A stretch of DNA of 64,000 nucleotides, taken from contig LSRY02000069.1 of the NCBI GenBank assembly GCA_001643675.2, positions 1-64,000 of the forward strand, read 5' to 3'. Below are positions 49,801-61,402 of this stretch, piece after piece. Each line of letters starts with the position of its first letter. Position 1 is the stretch's first letter. Source of the stretch: Monocercomonoides exilis PA203 (taxonomy: Eukaryota; Protista; Preaxostyla). The notes under the pieces were generated by a model. The model saw only the letters and a program-made list of their open reading frames with translations, had not been told where the DNA came from and made no database searches. The position numbers and the translations under genes are program-made.

Positions 49801-51948
49801 TTATTTATCTTCTGTGTCTTTCTCCTTTTTGCGCTTCTTCTTTTTCCTGTCTGTTTCATCTGCCACATTTTCAGTCAGCAAAAGCGCCTTTTTGACTTCC
49901 TCGTCGTCGATTCCGTCTTCCTTCAGCAGTTTTATCAAAAGAGCCATGTCTTTCTTCTTCTTCTTCTTCTTGTCTGTCTCCTTCTCTTCCTCCATCAGCA
50001 GCTCTTCTAACTGCCTCTCCAACTCTTCTTTTTCTTTGTCTCTCTTCTTCTTCTTCTTCTTCTTCTTTCCTCCTTCTTTCACATCTTTCTCCTCCTTCTC
50101 CACTTCATTCTCTGCCATTCGTTCAACCACTTCTTCTTTTTCCTCATTCGCTCCTTCCATTTCCTTTCTCTCTCCTCTTTCTCTTTCCTTTTCTCTTTCC
50201 TTCTCTCTTTCTTGCTCCAACTTGATAGGCACTAAAGACTCATCAACCTTCAAATCCATTCCCTTTCCTCCTTCATTCAATCCCTTCTCCTTCTTTTCTT
50301 TCATCTCCTTCTCTTTCTCCTTCTCTTCTCTGTCTGTCACATCAAGTGACACAAACTCTGCTGAATGAGGTGCTTTCTCCAGAGAAACACCTGATTCGAA
50401 TGACAAAACAGACAAAGATGCATTTTTTGCAGAGAAAATTTGAAATTCCTTTGGCGAAGGCGGAAGAGAAGGGATGATATTTGGAGGAGGAGGAGGAGGA
50501 GGAGAAGGAGGAGAGTAAGGAGGAGTGGGAGGGAGAGAGACAGGAGAGAAAGGAGGAGAGACATCAGGTGGAGACACAACTGGATCAGATGTGGGAAGAG
50601 AGGGAAGAGAGGGGAGAGAGGGAAGAGGAAGAACAGGAGAAGAGGAAGGGAGAGAGGAAGAAGGAAGAGAAGAAGAAGAAGAGGAGGAGGAGGAGGAAGG
50701 AGGAGAAGATAAAGAAGGAGAAGAAAAAGTGGGAAGAGATGATGATGAAGAAGGAAGAGAAGAATAAGTTGGAAGGGAAGAAGAAGAAGAAAGAGGAGGA
50801 GGAAGAAGAATGGAAGATGGAATAGAATCTGCTTTTGTGGAAGAGAGGAAAGAAGAAGGAGAATGAGAAGGAATGACATGTGGATGAGGATGGATGAAGT
50901 TGGGTGTGTTTGACATGCCAACTGAATGAATATTCATTTGAGAGACATCTGATGAAGAAGAAGAATAGGAAGAAGAAGAAGAAGAAGATGAAGATGATGA
51001 TGATGATGAAGTGGAAGGAAGAGGAAGAGGAGAAGAAGAAGGAAGAGGAAGAGAAGAAGAAGAAGAAGAAGAAGGAAGAGAAGTAAACAATGAAGTGGTT
51101 AGAGTGACAGAAGATGTGTTTGGAGGATTCTTTGCATTGAGAGCAGACTGACTTGGCTGAAGAGACAGTTTCAGTGGAACATTCAATGAAAGAGAAGGAG
51201 AAGAAGAGGAAGAGGAAGAAGAGGAAGAAAGGAAAGAGGGAGAAGAAATAGAAGAGGAAGAAGAGGAAGAGGAAGAAGAAGAAGATGATGAATGAGAAGG
51301 AGAAGCATACAACAAAGAAGAATGAGAACGAGAAGGAGAAGCCAAAGGGGAAGGAGAAGGCGAAGGAGGATGAGAATGAGAAGGAGAAGAAGGAGCAGGA
51401 GAAAGAGAAAGAGTGACAGCAGAGACAGGAAATGCAGTTGATGTGATTGGTCTGATGAGAGCAGGAGAAGAAGGAGAAGAAGAAACAGATGAGGAAGAAG
51501 AAGGAGAAGAGGAAGAGGAAGAAGAGGAAAAAGAAGAAGATGATATGGATATGCCTTTATTTGCAGGAGAAGAAGGAGAACAAGAAAGAGAAGGCAGTCC
51601 AGGAGACAGAGACAGTGTTGGCTTCAGAAAACCAGAATATGATTGAGATGAAAGAGATGGAAGATTTGTGGATGAGGAAGAGGAAGAGGAAGAAGGAGAA
51701 GAAGGAGAAGGAGAAGATGAAGATGAAGGAGAGGAGGAGGAGGAAGAAGAAGAAGACAAAGAAAGAGGATGAAATGTGGCCATTCCAGCAGCAGAGAAGG
51801 CAGGGCTGTGATGAGACTGTTGAGAGAGAGAGAGAGTGGGAGAATAAGAATGAGGACGAGAAGGAGAATGAGAAGGAGAATGAAAAGGAGACTGAGACTG
51901 AGAAGGAGAAGGAGAGAGAGAAGAAGGAGAAGAGGAAGGGGAAGAGGC

Positions 51949-51981
<33 letters not shown>

Positions 51982-54900
51982 ATGAAAAGAAGAAAATGAA
52001 GCAGAAGGAGGAGGAGGAGGAGGGAGAGGAGGAGGAGGAGAAAGAATATTTAAAGAAGAAGAAGAAGCAGAAGAAGAATAGGAAATGAATTGAGAGTCTT
52101 TTGGGGTGAGGACAGGAGAAGGGGTGGAGGAATGGGAATCAGAAGATGAAAAGAGCTTTGGCGAGAAAGGACGAGCAGATGAATTGAACTTCTGTGAATG
52201 GAGAGATTTGCTGACAGGAGAAGAGAAGGAAGAAGAATTGGAAATGTTGACAGTTGGAGAAGAGGAAGAAGAAGAAGAAGAAGAATAGGAGGAGGAGGAG
52301 GAAGAACGAGAAGGAGAAGAAGGAGAATGAGAAGGAGAATAAGAAAAAGAAGAAGTGGAAGAAGAAGAAGAAGAAGATGATGATGATGAAGAAGATGATG
52401 ATGATGAAGATGATGAAGAGAAAGATGCCAAAGGATGAGCAGAAGAAGAGAGAAGAGATGGAATGGAAGTGTTTGTGGGTGTTTGTGTTCTTTCAGTTGA
52501 GGATGTTCTGAGAGCAGATGTCTGTTTGACAGAAGAGGAATGATATGAAGAATACGAAGAATACGAAGAAGAGGAAGGAGAAGGAGAAGAAGAAGAAGGA
52601 GAAGAAGGAGAGGAAGAAGAGAAAGAGGAGGAAGAAGAAGAAGCAGATAGAATGGAAGGAGGAGAAGGAGCAGAAGAACAAGAGGCAGAAGAAGACAAAA
52701 CAGCTGTGTTGAGAATGGATCGAGTTGGACTTTGCTGAAGGGACAGCGGAGAAGGCGCAAATGAAGAAGAAGAAGAAGAAGAGGAAGAGGAGGAAGAAGA
52801 AGAAAAAGAAGAAGAGGAAGAAGAAGAGGAAGAAGAGGAAGAAGAAGAGGAAGAAGTCTTTGTTTTCGAGTGAGCTGAAGAAGATTGCTTCATCTGTTGT
52901 TTCAAACGAGAAGAAGCCGCAAAAGAGAGAACAGCATTCTGAACATCGACAGGAAGAGAAGTGAATTGGGTGTATCTTTCGAAGAATTTGACAGAAGAGG
53001 AGGAAGAAGAAGAAGGCAGAGGAAGGACAGAAGAAGGATGCCATATGCCTGGAACGAAGATTGGGGGGAAGGAAAGAGAAGAGGAAGAGGAAGAAGAAAG
53101 ATATGGATTGTGCTGATATGCTGATTGAATGGAAGAAGAAGAAGAAGAAGAAACAGAATTTTGTGTCTTCATCTGCTCTTTCACTGCTTCTTTCTCCATT
53201 TTTTGCCAAAATGCATCTTCTTCATCAACATCTTCATCATCATCATCATCTTCTTCTTCTTCTTCTTCATTTCCTTCTTCCATCTTCTTTCCTTCTCTTC
53301 CCCCATCATTTGCTGGGGTATCTTCATCTTCTCTGTTATTCAGCTGCTCCTTTGATAAGAATGAGCCTGCTGTCCAACCAGAAAAGAAGTCATCGAATGC
53401 AAAATATTCTTTCTTCTCATCAAAAAAGTTATAATTATTGATACCTTCTCCTTCTCCTTCTTCTCCTTCTTCCTTCTCTCTCTCTCTCTCTCTCTCCTTC
53501 TCCTTCTCTCTTCTTTGCTCCCTGGCAAATGTCTCTATCAGCTGTGCAAACTCATCTGAACTAACCTCTTCCTCCCACCACGCAACTGAATATGGTCTTA
53601 TTTTCCTGTTCAATTCAACTTTATCATCAGCACCAGAAGAAGAAGCAGAGGAAGAAATAGAAGAAGAAGAAGATGATGATGATGAAGATGAAGAAGAAGC
53701 AGAAGAAGAAGATGATGATGAAGCAGAAAGAGATGCATTCCCCTTCAACAGCCCCACATCCCCTCCTTCTTCCATTCCATTGCCCATTTCTCTCATGTCG
53801 TATGCCCACTGCCTCTGCAGCAGCATCCACCACCCCATCTGCAGTGCCCTCTCAGCCACATCCACATACTCTGGCGGAAACACCCCAAATGGCAGAGAAT
53901 GGACATCAAACAGAAACGACACCTGGCTCTGCTTATCTTCTGCTTCTCCTTCTTCTCCTTCTTCCCCCTCTTCCCCCTCTTCTTCTGGATATTCTTGATA
54001 CTTTTGCTGTTGTTGCTGATGATTCTGTCGATTTGTTGAGACATATCCATTCACTTCCATTTCTCTCCCTCTTCCTCTTTCTCTTCCTTCTCTTCCTTCT
54101 CTTCCTTTCCCTCTCCTCTCCTCCACAACATCACTCTGTTTATTTCCTCCAACACTCTTATTGCTCATACTGCTCTTTCTGTTCAACCTCCCATTCATCT
54201 CTGCCTCTCTCTTTCTCTCTCTCTCTCTTTCTCTTTCTCTTTCTCTTTCTCTTTCTCTCCTCTTCCTCTCTCCATCTGTTCCTGTGTTGCCATCTGACTC
54301 ATCTGCATCTGAATACGATGAACTAACCGATGCCTCTGAAGATGTCCCCATCGTATTGTCCCCTTCATATTCTCTCTCTTGTTGCTGCTGCATCTTCTTC
54401 TTCTCCTTCTCTTCCTCTTTCATCTTCCGATACGCCTCCAGTTCTTTCTTATACCTCTTCTCTCTTTCGCTCCTCCTCCTCATCTTCTCCAGCTTCTTCT
54501 TTATCTTCGCCTCTTTCCTCTCCAGCTTCCTCTTCCTCCTCCTCATCTTCTCCTCCTTGTACTGTCTGTACAGCTCCCTCTCCTCGTTGTTCTCGTCATC
54601 TTCTGCTGCTCTCCTCTTCCTCTCTCTCTCTTCCTCCTCCTTCTTCCTCTGCACAGCCTCTTCTGCCTCTTTCACCTCCTCTTCCTCTGCCATCTGCCCA
54701 ACCAGCCTCAAAACGAGCTCCCTCGTCGGCTCGGCTGAAATCGCCTTTCTCTTTCGCTCTCCTTCAAAAATACGCCCTCTTCTGCCAGCTGACTTCAAAA
54801 GAGACACAAAATGTGCAATGTCTTCTGTGTTGCTCTCTTTTGAATAGCTGACAGTATGGATTGGATTGGCATTCACATTGCTCATATTATTATTGTTATT

Positions 54901-56076
54901 CTCATTGTTATCATTGATATTATTATCATTGCTATTATTATTATTGCTATTATTATTATCATATTCATTAATATACTCATTGTTATTGTCTGCTTCTATT
55001 GTCTTTGCAGAGGTTGATGGAGTTGTTGAAAAGAAAGACGAAACATCAACACTTTCCAACAGTCTCTTTCTGAACATCCTTCTCTTCCTGTCAAATGCAA
55101 CCTCCAAATAAGAAGGTGAAGGAGAAGGAGAATTATGAGAGTAATTAGAGAAAGCAGAAAAGGAGACAGAATTCGATCTTCCTCTGCGCACATTCGAATG
55201 CAACACCAAACTGCCAAAGTTGAGTGTTTTGCTGTTCCCATTTAGTCCCCTCTCTTCCTTCCCTTTCTTCTCTTTCTCCTTTCTGATGGCTAATTGTGCT
55301 GTGTGTCTCAGCAGTGCTGCCAGGAAAGAAGGGGTGATGATGAATGAGGCAGGAATCGCATCAGCCTTCCCTCCCTCTGCACTCCTCTTCCCTTCTCTCA
55401 TCTTCAGCTTCTCCTCCTCCCTCATCTGCATCAGCGCCTCCGCCTTCTCCTTCCTCCTCGCCTCCTCCCTCTCCTTCTCCTGCTGCTGCACAAACTGCCT
55501 CTGGAACTCCTGCTCCACCTCGCCCATCTGCCGGATCGCCTCCTTCATCCCCTCGTTCAGCCAGCCAGAGTCTGTGCGGAAGACAAGAGAAGCACCTAAA
55601 TAGGCATCTTCAATGGAGAGGAGAGAGACAACGGTAAGGGGAGTGGAGAGGGATGAGGACGAGCGCAGGGGAATGAAGGGAGTGAAGATTGGGAGATCTT
55701 CAAAGGAGGGAGAGGAGCTATCAGAGGAAGAGGAGGAAGAAGAGGAATTGGATGATGATGATGAATTATCTTTTGCATTCTTCTCTTCTTCTTCTTTATT
55801 ATTATTATTATCATTATCATTTTTGTTGTCTGTTGTGTCCTGTTCCAATGGAGTGGGTACATCTGCTGTGTTGTTTGTGCTTTCTTCCTTTTCTGTCTGC
55901 TTTTTGACTTCTTTCTCTTTCTTATCTTCTTCTTTCTCTTCTTCTTTTTCTTCTTCTTTTTCTTCATCTTCTTTTTCTTTTTTGTCTTCTTTATTTTCTT
56001 CCTCTTTCTCTGCCTCATTTTCCTTTTCTGTTATTCCTTTCTTATCAATTTCATTATCATTATCATTATCATCACA

Positions 56077-56129
<53 letters not shown>

Positions 56130-57969
56130 CTTTTTCATCATTGTCATTGTTATTCTCATTTGAATTGTCAGATTTGGCATTTTCTGTCATTTTTGTGTCT
56201 TCTTCTTTGTTTTCTCTTTCTTTCGTCTCTTTTTGTTGTTCTGTCGATTTTGTTTCGTCTGTTTGAGTATTGTTATCTTCAGATGCTGTTTTTATCTGCT
56301 CTTGTGAAGATGAAGAAGATTCTGAAGAAGAAGAAGAAGGTTCTGAAGAAGAAGAAGATGATGATGATGAAGATGAGGAAGTAGAAGAAGAAGAAGATGA
56401 TGATGATGAGTTGTGTTTTGATCTGAAGAATGGGAGTGGAGTGGGTGTGCCTGGTGTCACAGCTATGGCACAATCTGCAACAGACACAGAAAACAGACAG
56501 AGAGGCAGAATGTATGCTGCTGTGAAGCTGTACTTCTTCTCATTCGGACTCTCCTTCTTTCGATTGTGCGCCTTCTCTTTCTCTCTCTCCTTCTCTTTCT
56601 CTTTCTCTTTCTCTTTCTCTGCTTCATTCTGCTCTCCTTCTTTTTCTCCTTCTCCTTCTCTTCTACCTTCTTCTCCTTCTCCTTCTGTTTTGTCTTTTGC
56701 CTCTTTCTTTGCTTCGTTGTTTTCATTGCTGTCTGCATTTGCTGTCTTCTCCAAACTGCCTTTTTGTTTGTTGTCTTCTGCGTCCTCTTCTGTTTTGCCC
56801 TGCTTCTCATTCGCTTCTGTCTGTTCATCAGAATTTTTCTTTCCATCTTTTACTTCTTGTTTCTCTTTCTCTTTCTCTTTCTCTTTCTCTTTCTCCTTTT
56901 CTATTTCATCTGCTCCTCCTGTCTTCTCCGCCCCATCCTTTGCCTTCTCTGCCTCTTCCTCTTCTCCTTCCCTCTTTTCAATCTCATTCGGCATCACAAA
57001 CGGTATCATCATCGATGGCATCACATTCACCCTCTGAAGCGTCTCTCTCAGCGCATCCTCAAAACGGCTCATCAGCACCTCTTCGTCAGTAGACAGAAGA
57101 GACTTCAGAAACGATGGCAAAAACATCAGTTGCTCAGACGATGCAGGGTACGCAATATTACGCCCAGTCAGTCGCTTTTTAGTGTCTACAAAAGTTCTGT
57201 GAATTTCAGGGGAAAAATATGCATAAGCTCATGAAACAGCAAAAAGTAAACATACTTCATTAAGGCCTGAAAATCTAATCTTATCATGTGATACGGAAAT
57301 GATATGGGCTTGAATGTTGGTTGATATAAAAGATCATATCCAGGAAAATTAACTACTCCTTGCTGAGGTAAAATTCTCACGGGATCAATTGGATATTGAT
57401 GATGAAGATTTCTCAATTCTGAGTATGTTATAACTTTTGCAACATTCCAGTGATGTCTTTCTGTCAAATGAACAAAGAAAAAATAAAGAAAAAATCGAAA
57501 CATAAATTAGTCAATCAACGCAAACCAGATTCAAGCAAAATGAAAATATCCATCCAGTCTTTAGTATGCTGAATAGAAGAGTTAAATAGCATGTATTCTG
57601 GACGTCTCGTTTCTTTTGGAGCAAATACTTGTAATTTTTCTTGGATAAAGCAAATTCTAAGCTTGAAATCTAGCAAATTTGATATATACTGTCCAATCAT
57701 TGTTAAATGATTACAAAAAGAATTTTTTCGCAAAATACCTTCATTTCAAGTGATCTAGATATTGTGCGATCTTGAAAAGGAAAAGTATTGATTTGAGGGC
57801 TAAGAAGAAGGTTTAAATCTTCAATCTTCATATTTCTCCATCTTACTGAAGGAAAAATTGGAGAAATGGCCCAAAACCCCAACTGCTCCCTTTTTTGTGT
57901 TGGTTGTTGCTGTTTTGCTTCTTGGCTTTTGTTATCTTGAGATGCCAGAGTTGCTGCAAAACTGATCAA
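49801..57969 (-). CDS. Giant low-complexity Ser/Glu-rich protein (multi-exon; 5' end approximate)
   Basis: 2441-codon terminal open frame plus upstream coding segments at 57186-57969. Confidence 0.75.
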
Positions 57970-58211
57970 ATATTATTTTACCATAATTACATAAATTAAG
58001 AATCTCAAAAAACATTTTTGAACTTTCATCCAATTTTGTTTTGATTAAATGATTATTACAACAACTTTATTTCACATTGAGAGGGAAAAAATGAAAAAAT
58101 ATTTTTAAAACGTAAACTTTATTAATTGAAGACAAAAACAGTAAAAACATTTCTTTTCAAAAATATCAATTCTAACTTTCATAATAAACAAGTTTAATGA
58201 TGTGTCAACAT

Positions 58212-59345
58212 TTAGAAGCATTTTCTGTGGACAATTGACGGGCCAGATTCGTCGTATTCCTCCTTTGAGATCCACATTTGCTGGAAGGTGTTCAATGAAG
58301 CAAGAATAGAACCACCAATCCACACAGAGTATTTTCTCTCTGGTGGAGCTGTGATCTTGATCTTCATGGCTGATGGAGCAAGGGTGACCAACTCTTTGTT
58401 CAGACGTTCAGCAATTCCGTTGAACATGGTGGTACCTCCAGAAAGAACAACATTGAGGTACAAGTCCTTTCTGATATCAACATCGCATTTCATGATTGAT
58501 TGGAAGGTCTTCTCATGAACACCTGTTTCCTCGAGACCAATCATGTTGGGTTGGAACAATGTTTCTGGGCATCTGAATCTTTCGTTTCCAATGGTGATAA
58601 TTTGTCCATCGGGCATTTCGTATGTCTTGTCAATGGCTGATGAGGAAGCAGCAGTTTCCATTTCAGCTGCAAAGTCAAGAGCAACATAGCACAATTTCTC
58701 CTTGATATCACGAACAATTTCACGTTCGGCTGTTGTGCGGAATGAATATCCACGTTCAGTCAAGATCTTCATGAGCATTTCAGTCAGATCACGACCAGCC
58801 ATATCAAGACGGATGATAGCATGTGGCAAGTTGTATCCTTCATAGATTGGAACAGTGTGTGACACACCATCACCAGAATCGAGCACAATACCAGTTGTAC
58901 GTCCTGTGGCATACAATGAAAGCACAGCCTGGATCTGAACATACATGGCTGGAACATTGAATGTTTCGAACATGATTGTGGTCATCTTCTCTCTGTTGGC
59001 CTTTGGATTCAATGGAGCTTCAGTCAACAACACTGGATGGTCTTCTGGTCCAACACGCAACTCGTTGTAGAAAGTGTGATGCCAGATCTTTTCCATTTCT
59101 TCCCAGTTATTAACGATACCGTGTTCAATGGGATAGTGCAGTGCAAGAATACCTCTTCTCAGTTGTGCTTCATCTCCAATGTAGCACTCTTTGTCTCCTG
59201 ATCCAAGAATAATTGTTGATGTCTTTGGACGACCAACGATGCTTGGGAACACAGCGCGGGGTGCATCGTCTCCTGCAAATCCGGCTTTGCACATACCAGA
59301 TCCATTATCAACAACCAATGATGATGTTTGTGAGTCTTCAGACAT
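58212..59345 (-). CDS. ACT: Actin, 377 aa
   Basis: [28 protein letters not shown] ... [18 protein letters not shown] ... IVHRKCF. Confidence 0.99.
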   Translation of the reverse strand: MSEDSQTSSLVVDNGSGMCKAGFAGDDAPRAVFPSIVGRPKTSTIILGSGDKECYIGDEAQLRRGILALHYPIEHGIVNNWEEMEKIWHHTFYNELRVGPEDHPVLLTEAPLNPKANREKMTTIMFETFNVPAMYVQIQAVLSLYATGRTTGIVLDSGDGVSHTVPIYEGYNLPHAIIRLDMAGRDLTEMLMKILTERGYSFRTTAEREIVRDIKEKLCYVALDFAAEMETAASSSAIDKTYEMPDGQIITIGNERFRCPETLFQPNMIGLEETGVHEKTFQSIMKCDVDIRKDLYLNVVLSGGTTMFNGIAERLNKELVTLAPSAMKIKITAPPERKYSVWIGGSILASLNTFQQMWISKEEYDESGPSIVHRKCF

Positions 59346-61402
59346 GTTACTAACAAGAATCAAATATCAATTCGATCTGTCTTAATGTTTCGAACATTAC
59401 TTATTTAAGAACTTATCAATGTTATGGTTAGGATGAAATTTGTCTGAGAGACTTATTTAAAAATTTTTCGAATTATTATATTTTATATGAAAGTTTCAAT
59501 ATATATATTTTCATTGAAAAAATCAATGTTATCCCGATTATTTATTGTTAAATTATGAGTTTGTTCACAATTTTCATTAATTGATAATTTTTTTCGGGTT
59601 TTCAAATCGCAATTTGTTTATTTAATGATGTGAAAGAAGGTGAAATTTTTCATTTATAAAATACGCGTGATGATGGAAATATCATCTTTGCTTAATTCCT
59701 ATTTACTCAACCTTATTTTTGTATATTTTGCATGATAAAAGATGATTTGGCCTTTTTTTTTTTGAAAGTGTGATCATTTCCGCTGTTGTTTCACTTCCAG
59801 CATACGTTTTTTGAGAAACTTATTTGCATTGCAGCAATGAGCTCAAAATACAATCTTCACAGAGCAGATGCTTTGATGCAGCTGGCGCACGACAATACTT
59901 TGTGAAAGGGTAAATTCCATTTTAGGCGATGCTGTCAAGAGTGTGAAATGTGTTGCTTTCCACCATTAATTTGGATAAATTATGTTCAGGAGCATTGAGC
60001 ATCTTATTTTTATATTTCAATGCCATTGGGCGAAAAGAAAGAAGAAAGCTTGTGCAAATCAAGCAAAAGTGGAATGGAAGAAAGCAAAAAAGCACAGCTA
60101 GCAAAAGCACTTCAATATGCATTTTTTTGAAGCGATAAATGCGCAATAAGGATGACTTTGCTGACTGCTTATTGCTGAAGGATGCACGCCGCTACTGTTT
60201 CTATCACCAGCGGGGAACAAATAGATTTTGCTGTGAGCAAATGAAGATATGCTGCATGCAAAACAGCCAGTATTATTCGAGATCCATTATCTTTAATGGC
60301 TTGCAGGCGAGTGATGCAGAGCATCAACCAGGCTCCGATGGATGAGGGAAAAGAAAGATTATGGCCAAAAGGAAGCAGAAGCATCAGTCTACAGCCAGCA
60401 CAGAAATAAGGGAAGGGAGGCAAGCTGAACAAAGACAAAGAAGGATTCAAGTCGATGGAGGAGGCAATAACGCAGAAACAGAATCAGAAACAGGGAGATT
60501 GCCTGAGGGCCGTGGCTGGATGAGTGCTCCGGAGATGTGGCAAGAAGGATGAAATGAAAAGTGTGTTCATGGCTGTGCGAACAAATTCATGGATTTGTTG
60601 TTTTGTTTTTATGAAAATGAGAGGGTATTTGATGCCTTGGGTGCTTGGTTGGTTTTTTTTTTTCCTGGTTTTGTGCAAATTATTCTGTTAAAATCCATTG
60701 TTGCTGAGGATGTTTTTGTTGAGGTATTTATTGGATAGCTGCTTCAATTTTGGAAAAGAAAATTCAGAATTGTTGTATTTTTGGCGACTATTTTTTTTAT
60801 CACTCTGTTTTCTTTTTGGTTCATTTTCTTTTGAAATTACGAAAAAATTACAAAACGAATGTATTTATTTTTGCAGGCTGTGCAGAAAGCTCGTTTCAGA
60901 GTTTCAGCACTTTTTTCATGATGAAGAAAGCATTTAACTTGGATCTTCTTGGAGAAATGGAAGCAAAAGATGTCACAAAAGAGATTCTGAGAGATTGTTT
61001 GAATATTCCCCAATGAATGCTCCAGCATCAAAAAAACGTTTGATGATTTTTTATTTTTCACTATTCTTATATAATCTTGATTTTTGTTTTTTTTGGTTTT
61101 GTTTTTGTTTTTGAACAAGGACTGAAAAGTGAGCAATCCTGCTATTAACTTGAATGAAAAAAAACAGGGGGGAAAAATAACAAAATGAACCATGAAATCT
61201 GAAAAGATAAAATAAGAAATTGATTCTTGTTGAAGAAGGAAGACGCAAGAAAGAGAGTTTGTGGAAAAGAAATTTGAAATATTTTTATTATATAATTTTT
61301 TATTTCGAATCTGATAAAATAGGGGTCTGTGATCTTGGATCCATTGAAAATTTTAGTGATTCGAAATTTGAACTGCTGTGAAGGAGTGCAATTGATTGAG
61401 AA

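Noticed and set aside
59800-61300. Short ORFs between actin and the Pmp-like gene
   Set aside because: No recognisable domain or consistent exon structure.
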